Shown: piece by piece, positions 37,791 to 47,876 of the stretch | How the letters are laid out: each line of letters starts with the position of its first letter | Position numbering within the stretch: the stretch's first letter is position 1 | Source of the DNA: a virus | Taxonomy: Duplodnaviria > Caudoviricetes | DNA: 64,000 nucleotides | Virus record (IMG/VR): IMGVR_UViG_3300031605_001661 | Coordinates: 1-64,000 of that record | Strand: one strand, 5' to 3' | Notes under the pieces: generated by a model | What the model was told of the DNA's origin: nothing | The model's database searches: none | What the model saw: only the letters and a program-made list of their open reading frames with translations | Program-made: the position numbers and the translations under genes

Positions 37791-38816
37791 GTGAGTAACT
37801 ATGAAAAACTAAATATTGGTGACATTAATCAGGAATCGAGTCGGCTATCCGACTCAGGGCAAAATAGTAATAATTTTTTAAACAATTTTGTTCGCATGCC
37901 TGAAGGAAATGGCGCTGTCACCTTGAGATTTCTACCGCCTTCTAAGGGGTCTAGTTTTTATTGTGCGACTAGAACACATAGAATGAATGGTCGTAACGTA
38001 CATTGTCCGAGAGAACTTGAAGGCGCCAGATGGCTCGGCCAGTGTTCGGTTTGTGAATATTATAATTGGTTGTGGAGAGAGTCGGAGAAGGATGGCGTTA
38101 GTGCTGATGAAGCAGACGCTTTTCAAACTAAGGCTCGTTCTATTAAGCCGATTGAGAGATATTACTATAACGTCATAGTACGTTCTCAAATTGGTGCTAA
38201 TGGAGAAACTGAGGAAAATGTTGGTCCTAAGATTTTTTCATGTGGCAAGACTGTTCACAAAATGATCATTCGTGCTATTGTGGGTGATGAGGAACTTGGC
38301 GAGTCTCCGTTGGGTGACATTAGTGACTTGGTGGAAGGTCGTGATTTTAAATTAATTAAGAGAATGAGAAAATCAGGATCTCAATCTTATCCTAATTATA
38401 ACGAATCCAAGTTCCTTGAACCTTCCCCTCTTGGCACTAAAGATAGTGCGAAAGAATGGCTTTCGGGACTTCATGACCTTTCTTCTCTTCGAAGCTTAAA
38501 GACAGAAGAGGAGCTTAAGCATGAACTTAAGATGTTCCTTGGAGTGGCACAGGAGAACGCTTCTGGCGGGTTTGATCCTTCGGAATTTAAACTTGAAGGC
38601 GCACCGGCTGTTACTCTTCCCGTGCCTGATTCAATGAAGTCTCAAGAGGTCGCAGGTGCGGCGAGTGGTGAGACCGCACCTTTTGATGTAGAAGAGTCTA
38701 CCACACCAGAAGAGTCTGCCCCGCCAGCAGAAAAGGTAGAAGCGTCATCTGATGACGGGGATGATGAGGTTTTGGCTGATGACGACTTTCTTAAAGAGTT
38801 AAGAAATTTAGGGTAA
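37791..38816 (+). CDS. T4 gp32-like single-stranded DNA-binding protein
   Basis: GNGAVTLRFLP, CP...C.VCE, RYYYNVIV, KIFSCGK, GRDFKL, YPNY..SKF, acidic tail DDDF; GAGG RBS with GTG start. Confidence 0.88.
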   Translation: MSNYEKLNIGDINQESSRLSDSGQNSNNFLNNFVRMPEGNGAVTLRFLPPSKGSSFYCATRTHRMNGRNVHCPRELEGARWLGQCSVCEYYNWLWRESEKDGVSADEADAFQTKARSIKPIERYYYNVIVRSQIGANGETEENVGPKIFSCGKTVHKMIIRAIVGDEELGESPLGDISDLVEGRDFKLIKRMRKSGSQSYPNYNESKFLEPSPLGTKDSAKEWLSGLHDLSSLRSLKTEEELKHELKMFLGVAQENASGGFDPSEFKLEGAPAVTLPVPDSMKSQEVAGAASGETAPFDVEESTTPEESAPPAEKVEASSDDGDDEVLADDDFLKELRNLG

Positions 38817-38839
38817 AAACAAGTTTTTTGACAATCTTG

Positions 38840-38876
38840 AAAACGCCTGAGTGGTTCTGCTGCTCAGGCGTTTTTA
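38840..38876 (+). terminator. Rho-independent terminator after SSB
   Basis: AAAACGCCTGAG...CTCAGGCGTTTTT hairpin with T tract. Confidence 0.85.
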
Positions 38877-38940
38877 TATTGTTTTTATTTTTGGATTAAG
38901 ATATAATTTGAATGTCTTATTGGTAGGGGAATGAATTACA

Positions 38941-39144
38941 ATGGATAAAGATTATCTTATTTTATCAAGGCAAAATGGACTTTGTCTTGTTGAAAAATTT
39001 TGTTGTATATGTCAGCATGATAAAACATATTGGATGTTCATAGATGACGTGGGATTTAATCCAATCAAACCTTGCCCTGATTGCAGTCGTTATATTTCTA
39101 TCATTGATACTTTAGGCGAGATAATAAATGGCGAAGAAGAATAA
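38941..39144 (+). CDS. Small putative zinc-binding protein
   Basis: CCIC...CPDC. Confidence 0.45.
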   Translation: MDKDYLILSRQNGLCLVEKFCCICQHDKTYWMFIDDVGFNPIKPCPDCSRYISIIDTLGEIINGEEE

Positions 39145-40321
39145 AAAAACAACGGCATCCGACGACCCAGTAGCCGATCTGTTCTCGGATCTTGCTGCCG
39201 ATACGGGGGGCAGCGTCTTAGACGATATAGATAGTATTAAATATTTTGTGGATACTGGGAATCTGGCAGTTAACTTTGTTTGCAGCGGCAGATATATAAA
39301 TGGCGGAGTTCCGGGCGGTAGACTTACAGAGATATATGGTCCGGCCTCATCAGGCAAATCTCTTATTGCTACTAATGTTATTCGTGGCTGCCAGAAGCTT
39401 GGTGGGTTCCCAATATATTTAGATTGTGAAAATACTATAAACAAAGATTTTGTTCAATCGGCTAGTCATGTCGATGTATCTAAAGTTATTAGATACACCC
39501 CCCAGACATTGGAGGAGGTGTTTACGAAGGTACACACGGTAATCAAGAAGGTTAGATCGGTTAAAGGCATAGAGGTTCCCATAGTAATTGTATATGACTC
39601 TATTAGTGTGTCGCCTAGTGCTAGAGAATACAGAGAGGTTGACCTTCCTGAAGGCTACACAGATGCTGATTGGAAGAGGATTGTTGGTGGCAAGGAACAA
39701 CCTGGCGAGCGTGCCAAGATTTGCAGTCGGGAGTTTAGAAAGTTGACTCCTATATTGGAAGAACAGAATGCAACTATGGTTGTGATTAATCAGACTCGTG
39801 AAAAAATAGGCGTTATGTTTGGTAGCCCTGAAACGACAGGAGGAGGGGGCAATGCGTTGCCTTTTTATGCTTCATGTCGTATTAGAACACAAACTCAAAA
39901 GAAAATTGAGAATTCCAAGATCGGGTCTATTGTTGGAATTAATATGAAAATTAAAAATGTGAAAAATAAAACTTTTCGGCCTTTCATGGAAACCGAAAAT
40001 GTTCAACTTTATTTTGATCGTGGTATAAATCCGCTTTCTGGCCTTTTAAATACTTTGATTATGTCTGAGAGAATTGATGTAAGTGGAAAAGGAAGTTTTA
40101 CTGTTAAAGAACCTTGGGCCGCTGGCGAGGAGATCAAGTTTAGAAGCAGTATGGCTCGCAATGATGTGCCGGAAGATGTTTTATATCGGTGTCCTTCCTT
40201 GATTGATGCGGAGTCTAAAGAACAGGTGAAAGATTACTTGTCGGAGTATCAGTTGGCCATTCACAGAGAAGATGCTAAAGATTTAGAAGAAATAGAATTA
40301 AAAAGCGAAGAGGATCTCTAA
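39128..40321 (+). CDS. uvsX: UvsX/RecA-like recombinase
   Basis: DTG, [63 protein letters not shown]..RPF. Confidence 0.92.
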   Translation: [397 protein letters not shown]

Positions 40322-40518
40322 TGTCGGAAGATACATCGGTAAGAAACAGTTGCACGTTGAGTTCGACTAGATACACAGAGTATGAATGGAAGGTTATTCG
40401 CTCTAGTGTTTTGGATTTAGAAGAGGAATTAAATAATCTTTCTCTTAATGGTCGGTGGGAAGTTTTTAGCGTAGCTCCAGATGGTCCTGCCTGGTTTGTT
40501 ATTGTCGCTCGTAGATAA
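40321..40518 (+). CDS. DUF4177-like small protein
   Basis: YEWKV...LEEELNNL...GRWEV pattern. Confidence 0.5.
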   Translation: MSEDTSVRNSCTLSSTRYTEYEWKVIRSSVLDLEEELNNLSLNGRWEVFSVAPDGPAWFVIVARR

Positions 40519-40526
40519 AATGCTTT

Positions 40527-41003
40527 TTAAATAATATTATATTCTGATTTATCTTTGTTTATTTTATATCCTTCCGCTTCTAATTCTTTCCGTATTTTTC
40601 TTATGTGGTTGCATAAGCAGGAATCAGTCAGTTCGTATCCTGAAAATCTTCTTTTAAGTTTTTTTAATGATACAATTTTACTTGCTAAAAATTCTTTCTT
40701 TATATATTCATCTAATCTTTCTGAAGTTTTTATAATGTTATTGCGAGGTTTTTTAATTTGAGATATTTTTGTTTCAATTAATTCATAAGTTATTTCTTCA
40801 TTTAAATGATTCGGATTACAGAAAGCAGCGGCAAGTTCGCTTAGTTCTAGGAGTGTTGCTTTTTTTATTTTTACGACAGACACTTCGAGACTAAATTTTT
40901 TAGAAAATTCCAAAAGCAAAGAATAATTGCTTTTCTCAGTTAGGAATTCTCTTTTGTCTTTAGTTTTCAGCAAAAGGCATTGTCTATTTTTAATTTTTTT
41001 CAT
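40527..41003 (-). CDS. Hypothetical basic protein, possible C-terminal winged helix
   Basis: L..HIRKIRKELEAEGY.I pattern. Confidence 0.5.
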   Translation of the reverse strand: MKKIKNRQCLLLKTKDKREFLTEKSNYSLLLEFSKKFSLEVSVVKIKKATLLELSELAAAFCNPNHLNEEITYELIETKISQIKKPRNNIIKTSERLDEYIKKEFLASKIVSLKKLKRRFSGYELTDSCLCNHIRKIRKELEAEGYKINKDKSEYNII

Positions 41004-41073
41004 ATCACCATTTTATTACATTGTAGTTTTAAATCAAGCTTGATTTAAATTTGTAGGTTTTTAAAATAAATTT

Positions 41074-42102
41074 ATGGATATGAGTGATGATTATTTGGGA
41101 TTCGATTACAGCAGACGTTTTGGTGTTGAGATTGAATTGAATTCGCTGGACGGACGCAGCAGACCGCTGACAAGGGAGAACCCTGTTGGTTCTGATTATG
41201 TCGCTAATTTAATTTCTAGATCTTTAAGCAAAACTGTAGAAATAGCCAAGTGGCATCATACTCATAATAACGAATTCTGGATTGTCAAACCTGATTCGAG
41301 TTGTGGCATAGAGGTCTGTTCTCCCGTGTCTAAGGGGTGGAAAGGTCTTAAAGACATATGCCGTGTTGTTGAAGGGTTTTCTAATGATGAGTCAATTGCG
41401 GCGGATGAGAGGTGCTCTTTACACGTTCATGTTGAAGTGGCGGACCTGTCAGAGAGCGAGTTGGCCTCGGTTTTGTATTATTGGATCAAATGCGAGCCGG
41501 TTTTTTTTGACTCGGTTCCTCACGAGAGAAAGAGCAATCGTTATTGTCAGTTTATAGGTTTGACTGATCTAATTGGACATGATGCGGAAATGTCCCCATC
41601 TCTTCTTATTTCTAGGTTAGGAAATGTAAAATATTATTCTTTAAACACCTATCACCTCAAGAAGGGGAAGCGGGAAACTATAGAGTTTAGGATTATAGGA
41701 AATTCGGGGTGTCTTGACCCATTTTTGGTTAAAAACTGGGTTAGGCTTATTGTCCATTTTATCAATGTCACCAGCAAAATGGGAATCCCCGGACATTATG
41801 CAGAGGGAGATCCATGGTCGTCTTTTTTATGGCTAGATGCAAAAGACGTTTTTAGATTATTGGGATTTTGGGATAGCAACAAGACTCTATCAGAAGGGGT
41901 CAAGCAAACTAGGGATTGGTTTTTAGCAAGATTAAAGAAGAATGGTTCTCTATTAGATTGTGATGGGTTTTGGAGTACGCATTCTAGATTTGTTTCTAAT
42001 TCTCAAGTTTCTGAGATGTTTTTAATACTAGGATTAGGTGAGATTAATAAATTATTATACCCAGTAGGGGGAGATCTTATTTATTCTAAGAAATTTATTT
42101 AG
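41074..42102 (+). CDS. Putative amidoligase (Amidoligase_2, glutamine synthetase-like COOH-NH2 ligase)
   Basis: FGVEIE, W....DSSCGIEVCSP, CSLHVHV, R..NRYC, KYYSLN, TIEFR. Confidence 0.85.
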   Translation: MDMSDDYLGFDYSRRFGVEIELNSLDGRSRPLTRENPVGSDYVANLISRSLSKTVEIAKWHHTHNNEFWIVKPDSSCGIEVCSPVSKGWKGLKDICRVVEGFSNDESIAADERCSLHVHVEVADLSESELASVLYYWIKCEPVFFDSVPHERKSNRYCQFIGLTDLIGHDAEMSPSLLISRLGNVKYYSLNTYHLKKGKRETIEFRIIGNSGCLDPFLVKNWVRLIVHFINVTSKMGIPGHYAEGDPWSSFLWLDAKDVFRLLGFWDSNKTLSEGVKQTRDWFLARLKKNGSLLDCDGFWSTHSRFVSNSQVSEMFLILGLGEINKLLYPVGGDLIYSKKFI

Positions 42103-42135
42103 CATCTTTTTTTTCATATATAATATGGAGGCATA

Positions 42136-42582
42136 ATGAGAGATAGAAATTTTGATAAAGAAATTATTAACTTAAAACGATTAGGCGAAAGGTTGATAGT
42201 TCATAATTACCCTTTAGGAAGTCGTTCTGAAGAAGATGTCTTAAGCCCATTGAAAACATCATCTTTTTGTGTCGATGGATACGATGTTGATATTCACTAT
42301 AGCAAGGCTGATTATGAAAGTCATTATTTAGAAAGCATTCAAATAATGGGAAGAAACGTTCCGTTTCTTCCGTTCGTTCTTATTTGCAAAATAGCCAGAA
42401 GGGTTTTAGGCGACGAAGCTTTATCGTTTATAGAATTTTTTTCGGACTCAAATAAAGTTTATTGTTGGACACGATCAATTGATAAAGTCGGTAATTTATT
42501 ATACCCACCAGAGGATAAGGAGTGTTCTTACGAAGGTTTTAATTATGCCTGTATCAAACCTAGTGAGGTTAATTTTTATTAA
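42136..42582 (+). CDS. Hypothetical protein
   Basis: GGAGG RBS. Confidence 0.65.
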   Translation: MRDRNFDKEIINLKRLGERLIVHNYPLGSRSEEDVLSPLKTSSFCVDGYDVDIHYSKADYESHYLESIQIMGRNVPFLPFVLICKIARRVLGDEALSFIEFFSDSNKVYCWTRSIDKVGNLLYPPEDKECSYEGFNYACIKPSEVNFY

Positions 42583-42633
42583 AGGCTATATAATTCCAAA
42601 TCCAGTTATTATAGGTTTTGGAGGCATATAGTC

Positions 42634-42942
42634 ATGGCAAGTTCAAAAGCACAGAGTGCTAAAATTCAAAGATTACTTATTTCTCAACTTGAAGAACATG
42701 GTTCTATAGAGTTGCTTTTGCCTAATCGGGTTGTTCTAGAGATTGGAATTACGCAAGAAGGAAAAAGCGGGACAGTTAAAGCTGATGAATACTGTTGGAT
42801 CACAGCCTGCCAAAATGAGAGAGAGATCAGTTTGGATTCTTATAATCTGGGCTTGAGGTTCTTAGACTATAATAGTATGCTTCTTGAATCAGATATAATT
42901 AATGAAGATGGTGAAAACATTCGTTTGGTAAATGTTGTTTAA
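42634..42942 (+). CDS. Hypothetical protein
   Basis: GGAGG RBS. Confidence 0.65.
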   Translation: MASSKAQSAKIQRLLISQLEEHGSIELLLPNRVVLEIGITQEGKSGTVKADEYCWITACQNEREISLDSYNLGLRFLDYNSMLLESDIINEDGENIRLVNVV

Positions 42943-43265
42943 TTGTTAATAAAGTAAAGGTTGCCTATGGTTTTAATATGACTGAGATCGCCAGAGGCCA
43001 ATAATTTTAGTTCGCTGGTTCCTATTGCGATTTTGTTTTCTTCTTTTGGAACCTTAAATTCTACCCATATTAAGAATCCGTTGTGTGTTAATTCAAACCT
43101 GGAGAGGCTAATTTGTATTCCTATTTTTGGAATTGTTGATTGTTCCACTACAGCTAGTTCTGTGTCACGAACTATTTCTAGGATTTGGGCCATAAGTTTG
43201 CTGTAGTTTATGAAGCTGGTCCAATTTGCGATCAGCAATTCTTCAAGTTTTTTGGAGTTTATCAT
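42939..43265 (-). CDS. Hypothetical protein
   Basis: 108-aa ORF filling a gap. Confidence 0.55.
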   Translation of the reverse strand: MINSKKLEELLIANWTSFINYSKLMAQILEIVRDTELAVVEQSTIPKIGIQISLSRFELTHNGFLIWVEFKVPKEENKIAIGTSELKLLASGDLSHIKTIGNLYFINN

Positions 43266-43296
43266 TTAAGTCATTAGTTACGAACGAGGTGAAATC

Positions 43297-43563
43297 ATGA
43301 CAAGTTCAAATAGTGTATTAAAAGAGTATGTGTCATCTTTATCCTATAAGGAACTGCTTTTTTTAAAAACTAGATTTTCTCAAAGAGTAGGAGGGGATCT
43401 TGGAGAAGCTGTTAATTTCGTTTCTAAGAATGAAGAAATGGATAAATGGCTTTCGGTGGCGGAAGGTGCTGAAGATTTTTATCAAATGTTAGAGGTTTTA
43501 TCTATTGAAGTTGGCATAGGATTGAATAGGCTTAAAAGGCCTCAATCTTCTAGAAGATCCTAA
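43297..43563 (+). CDS. Hypothetical protein
   Basis: GAGGTG RBS. Confidence 0.6.
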   Translation: MTSSNSVLKEYVSSLSYKELLFLKTRFSQRVGGDLGEAVNFVSKNEEMDKWLSVAEGAEDFYQMLEVLSIEVGIGLNRLKRPQSSRRS

Positions 43564-43632
43564 TTTGTTATTGTTATTAAAAGCGGTCGTCCCATTTTGT
43601 TTTCAAATGAGGGCGTATAATGAGGGTGTATT

Positions 43633-45654
43633 ATGCCAGCGATTATTAAACTTGGAGACCAAAATGAGTTAATTCCAGCTAGCAGTTTCCCTGATTATGC
43701 TAATTTTTCTTTTGATGAATTTAATCCTGTTCAATCAAGAGCTTATGAGATTTATAATAGGGATTGTAACGCCATAATAGCCTCTTCAACGTCTTCTGGC
43801 AAAACGGCGATAGCGGAGATGTTTCTTAGCAACGAAGTGCGTGAGAGAGGCGGCAAGGGCCTTTATTTGAGTCCTTTGAAGGCATTGGCACAAGAAAAGA
43901 TTGATGATTGGTCGTCTGATGATCACCATTTTAAAGATTTGAAGATTTCTATTTGCACAGGTGATTATCGCATAACTGAAGATCGCAAAAAAGAGTTGGC
44001 TGCGGCAAATTTAATCTTGATGACAAGCGAAATGCTTAGTCATAGATGTCGCAACCATAAATCAGAGGGAAATAGATTTCTTTCTGAAGTTGGGACTTTG
44101 GTTGTTGATGAATTTCATCTTATAGGAGTCGATGGCAGAGGGGATCACTTAGAAGCAGCATTGATGAAATTTACAGAAGTCAATCCAAACATTAGACTTG
44201 TGTTTTTATCTGCTACGATGCCAAATGTGGATCAAATTGGGGAATGGGTAAGTTACGAATTAACAAAAAAAGAAACATATTTAATTGAATCTTCCTATCG
44301 GCCTTGTCCTTTAACTATCCATTATGAGAAATGCTATGATGGTGATAAAAAATATGAGGACAGAGAGCTTCAGAAGGTCGCTCATGCCCTACAGATCGTA
44401 GAAGACTACCCAGATGACAAGTTCCTTGTGTTTTCTCATACCAAGCGAACTGGGCGACATATGAAGACGGCTCTTGAGCGTGCAGGGATTAATTGTGGGT
44501 ATCATAATGCGGATTTGACAAAAGCTAAAAGACTCAAATTAGAGAGGGACTTTAAGGAAGATCCAGACCTTAGAGTTTTGGTTGCCACATCAACAGTAGC
44601 GTGGGGATTAAACTTACCGGCTCGTCGTGTTGTAATCTTGGGGGTTCATCGTGGTTTGAGCCAAGTAGAAAATTATGACATTCAACAAATGTCAGGTCGT
44701 GCTGGTCGCCCAAAATATGATCCGTCAGGGGATGTTTATATTTTAATTCCTGAGAGTCAGGCGGATCATTATGTAAAGAAATTAAATAGGAAACAAAATA
44801 TTGAATCACAAATGCTTGACACTTTAGGTGGTCATCATAAAATAATGGCGTTTCATGTAGTAAGTGAAATCCATCATGGAAATATAAGAAATAAAGATGA
44901 TTTTCGTGACTGGTACGCCAGAAGTCTGGCTGCATTTCAGTCGATGCAATTAGATGATGATGTTATTGATCAATTGGTTGATTTGTTGTTAAAAAAAGGA
45001 ATTATTAGAGAGTATGAAGGAGAATATAAGGTCAATGCGGTAGGAAAGATATCCAGCATGTTTTATTTTGATCCTTTTGACGTTGCTGATCTTAGAAGGA
45101 ATTTTTCTAGTATATTTGAAAATAATAGACAGGATAATGATTATGCAATTTCAATGGCTCTTGCTAGTGTGGAATCTTGTAGGCTTGGCATAGTTAGTAA
45201 AAATGAAGAAGAAGAAATGGTTTCTTTTTCTGCTCGTATAAGGAAAATGTTTGGGAACATTAAAAAGCCTGTCATAAAAGCAGCTTATGCATATCACCTT
45301 TTGCTTAAAGGCTTGCCCAGTCAGACCTTTAACCCATATATGAGAGGGCTTCAAATGGATTTTCCTCGTCTGGCAACGGTTTTAAAGTCGATTGATTCCA
45401 TGAGTGCAAAATGGGATCAAAAAGAGTGGTTGGGGGATCTTCAAACCAGAGTTGTTTATGGGGTAGACGATTATTTGGTTGGCTTGTGCAATCTACCTCA
45501 TATTGGAAAAGTTAGAGCAAATAAACTTTGGAATTCCAACATAAGATCTTATAGAGATATTGTTAATAAATCTTCTCTCGTAAGCAAAATTCTTAGATTA
45601 GATGATGATAAGACCGAAGATGTTATTCGAAAGGCGAAGTCTCTATATAAGTAA
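43633..45654 (+). CDS. Ski2/Hel308-like SF2 helicase with C-terminal HhH
   Basis: FNPVQ, TSSGKT, PLKALAQE, TGD, DEFH, RG..LE, LSATMPN, RPCPL, ATSTVAWGLNLPA, QMSGRAGRP.YD, LPHIGKVRA. Confidence 0.9.
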   Translation: MPAIIKLGDQNELIPASSFPDYANFSFDEFNPVQSRAYEIYNRDCNAIIASSTSSGKTAIAEMFLSNEVRERGGKGLYLSPLKALAQEKIDDWSSDDHHFKDLKISICTGDYRITEDRKKELAAANLILMTSEMLSHRCRNHKSEGNRFLSEVGTLVVDEFHLIGVDGRGDHLEAALMKFTEVNPNIRLVFLSATMPNVDQIGEWVSYELTKKETYLIESSYRPCPLTIHYEKCYDGDKKYEDRELQKVAHALQIVEDYPDDKFLVFSHTKRTGRHMKTALERAGINCGYHNADLTKAKRLKLERDFKEDPDLRVLVATSTVAWGLNLPARRVVILGVHRGLSQVENYDIQQMSGRAGRPKYDPSGDVYILIPESQADHYVKKLNRKQNIESQMLDTLGGHHKIMAFHVVSEIHHGNIRNKDDFRDWYARSLAAFQSMQLDDDVIDQLVDLLLKKGIIREYEGEYKVNAVGKISSMFYFDPFDVADLRRNFSSIFENNRQDNDYAISMALASVESCRLGIVSKNEEEEMVSFSARIRKMFGNIKKPVIKAAYAYHLLLKGLPSQTFNPYMRGLQMDFPRLATVLKSIDSMSAKWDQKEWLGDLQTRVVYGVDDYLVGLCNLPHIGKVRANKLWNSNIRSYRDIVNKSSLVSKILRLDDDKTEDVIRKAKSLYK

Positions 45655-45684
45655 TAATACTTCACATATAGATAGAGACTTCAT

Positions 45685-47235
45685 ATGCCGATTAAGGATT
45701 GTTTTAGTTGTTGTGAGTGTGATTGTTGTTCCATCGAATGCGAGGGAGTGTGCACATGGGTTTATCGATGCGAGGAATGTCAGTGCAACGGTAGTTGCGA
45801 ATGGGTTTGGACACCATGCGGCGAGCCAATCCCAGAGTCAATCGGACTACTAAGTGAGTGTGAAGATGGCACATGGACACAAAACAGTACGTGCTCTCAG
45901 TGCCCTGGATGCTCATGTACACCGTTCGACTCATATACATGGGGCACACCTGGCGTTGATGTGCCAGATGCTGCGACCATTCCCCAGACGTATACCGGAA
46001 CACCCGGATCAGCCGGTGGTTGTGGTGGTGGATATTACGTAGGCGTGCACGCAACGTCCCACTCTGATCCATACGTTCCCGGTGGGGAAGAAGATTGCTA
46101 TTGGGAGCTTACATCTGATTGTGGGGAAAGTAATAATTCCGGTTGCCAATGTGCCAGCAGAACATGCGAATGGACGTGGGAAGTTTCTGAGGAAGAGTGC
46201 CATCAATGCTCATGTACTGTTGCCGAAGAGGTATGGGGCACACCTGGCGTTGATCCTGCACCCATCATCAACAATGAAATCAATGTTCAGACGTTTACCG
46301 GAACATGTGGTGGTGGCGGGGAATGTCAGTGCGACGGTAGTTGCGAATGGGTTTGGACACCATGCTACGGGCGGCCTAATTGTACCTATGGCACATGGGC
46401 ACTCGACAGTACGTGCTATCCAATCATTACTCCTGCAACTTGGACTCAGACAAGTGATTGTGGTTGTGATAATTGTGATTGCCCCGAACCGTCAGGTCAG
46501 GGTTCTCCTATTCCTGGCGGACCTGTCGTGACGATGACAACTCATTGCTCTGGCACAGGTACATCGGGGGGTGCGGGGCCAACGGTTGATTGCGATTGTG
46601 ATATTCCGATTGCAGTTCTCGGTTCGTGCGGCACCGGAACATGTGAATATACACACACGACCGACCCCGACACGGCGGTAGTGACTTATATCTTAGACAG
46701 CGACGACTGTGAACCTGGATGTGGTTGTCCAGATGCTGCCGACGTTTACGACACTAGCGCCCCCTGTCAGGATTCCAATGCTACTGGTTATGAAGATGGA
46801 GAAACAGCGACAACTCCTTGCTATGGTGGCGACTGCGACACATCTAATGCTTCTTGTTGTGGAAGCGGCGATTGCATGTATACCTGGAGTGGCGGTGCGT
46901 GGAATGTTGATACGGACACTTGCAGTGCAGCGTGCGAAGATCCAGATGTGCTATGTGAATGCCACGAGCCAACTTACCCTGGCGGAGTGGATAACGAAGC
47001 AGGCAACGGGACTTGTATGCCTGTCGCTACTACTGCGGCGTTATCTAATAGGACTTTTGGGCTTGTCAATAAGATTCCCCAGATTAGGAATAGTCGTGAG
47101 GGAATCAGGGATTCCTCAGTGGTTAAGGTCACCAGAAAAGGAGTTTCTAAAGTTTATTTGAATGTAAAAGCTATTAAAAGAAAAAGGCAAGCGATGGCCC
47201 GAAATGTAGCCGGTAGAAGACAGAGGATGAGATGA
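45685..47235 (+). CDS. Cysteine-rich repeat protein with basic C-terminal tail
   Basis: About 57 Cys (hand count); repeated ECQC(N/D)GSCEWVWTPC and WGTPGVD; GC-rich DNA relative to the flanks. Confidence 0.75.
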   Translation: MPIKDCFSCCECDCCSIECEGVCTWVYRCEECQCNGSCEWVWTPCGEPIPESIGLLSECEDGTWTQNSTCSQCPGCSCTPFDSYTWGTPGVDVPDAATIPQTYTGTPGSAGGCGGGYYVGVHATSHSDPYVPGGEEDCYWELTSDCGESNNSGCQCASRTCEWTWEVSEEECHQCSCTVAEEVWGTPGVDPAPIINNEINVQTFTGTCGGGGECQCDGSCEWVWTPCYGRPNCTYGTWALDSTCYPIITPATWTQTSDCGCDNCDCPEPSGQGSPIPGGPVVTMTTHCSGTGTSGGAGPTVDCDCDIPIAVLGSCGTGTCEYTHTTDPDTAVVTYILDSDDCEPGCGCPDAADVYDTSAPCQDSNATGYEDGETATTPCYGGDCDTSNASCCGSGDCMYTWSGGAWNVDTDTCSAACEDPDVLCECHEPTYPGGVDNEAGNGTCMPVATTAALSNRTFGLVNKIPQIRNSREGIRDSSVVKVTRKGVSKVYLNVKAIKRKRQAMARNVAGRRQRMR

Positions 47236-47876
47236 GTCGAAATATTAGGTGGGCTTATTTTGTTCTTTCTTTAATTTCTGGGATTGTCATTTATAATGAA
47301 ATTTCAAAACCTGTTTACCCTGATAAATGTTTTATAAGTAAATTTCCCCTAATAAAACAATTGGATCAAATAAGTTGTGGTCCGGTTGCTGCTACTATGT
47401 TATTGAATTTTTATGGGGAAGAAGTAAAAGTATCTAAAGTTAAAAGCAAGACTAAAACTAAATGGTTTAGTTATAAAGGGGAAGAAGTTGGAATGACCTC
47501 GCCAGACTATATTGCTTCCGCTTTAAGTTATTATGGGGTTTATTCTGTTGTTAGAAAGAGTGATTTGGATCATGTTAAATCATATGTGTCGGAGAATCGT
47601 CCCCCTATATGTCTGATAAGGAGTTCCAATACTACGTGGCACTATGTTATTGTTGTGGGGTACAACGATGACGATGGTACCATTTCTTTAGCGGACCCAG
47701 CAGGCGGGTACATAATAATGATGTCTCAATATGATTTTGTTGAAGCTTGGAGCTTTAATCGTGATATGTTTGGAAGAAAGATACATCCCCCAGATTTTAT
47801 TGGATGTTTGTTGAGACTGGCAGATGTCAGCAATTATACTTTAATTGTTCCAATGCATGCAAATGCTGCTGGATGA
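47232..47876 (+). CDS. C39-family cysteine peptidase with N-terminal membrane anchor
   Basis: Q.DQISCGP.A..M.L.FYG (catalytic Cys), HYVIVVGY (His), ADP (Asp), F..AW; ATGA overlap with the Cys-rich gene. Confidence 0.85.
   Translation: MSRNIRWAYFVLSLISGIVIYNEISKPVYPDKCFISKFPLIKQLDQISCGPVAATMLLNFYGEEVKVSKVKSKTKTKWFSYKGEEVGMTSPDYIASALSYYGVYSVVRKSDLDHVKSYVSENRPPICLIRSSNTTWHYVIVVGYNDDDGTISLADPAGGYIIMMSQYDFVEAWSFNRDMFGRKIHPPDFIGCLLRLADVSNYTLIVPMHANAAG

Noticed and set aside
45602-47161. Overlapping ORFs in other frames of the Cys-rich gene
   Set aside because: Expected from locally high GC and low stop frequency; no recognisable motifs.
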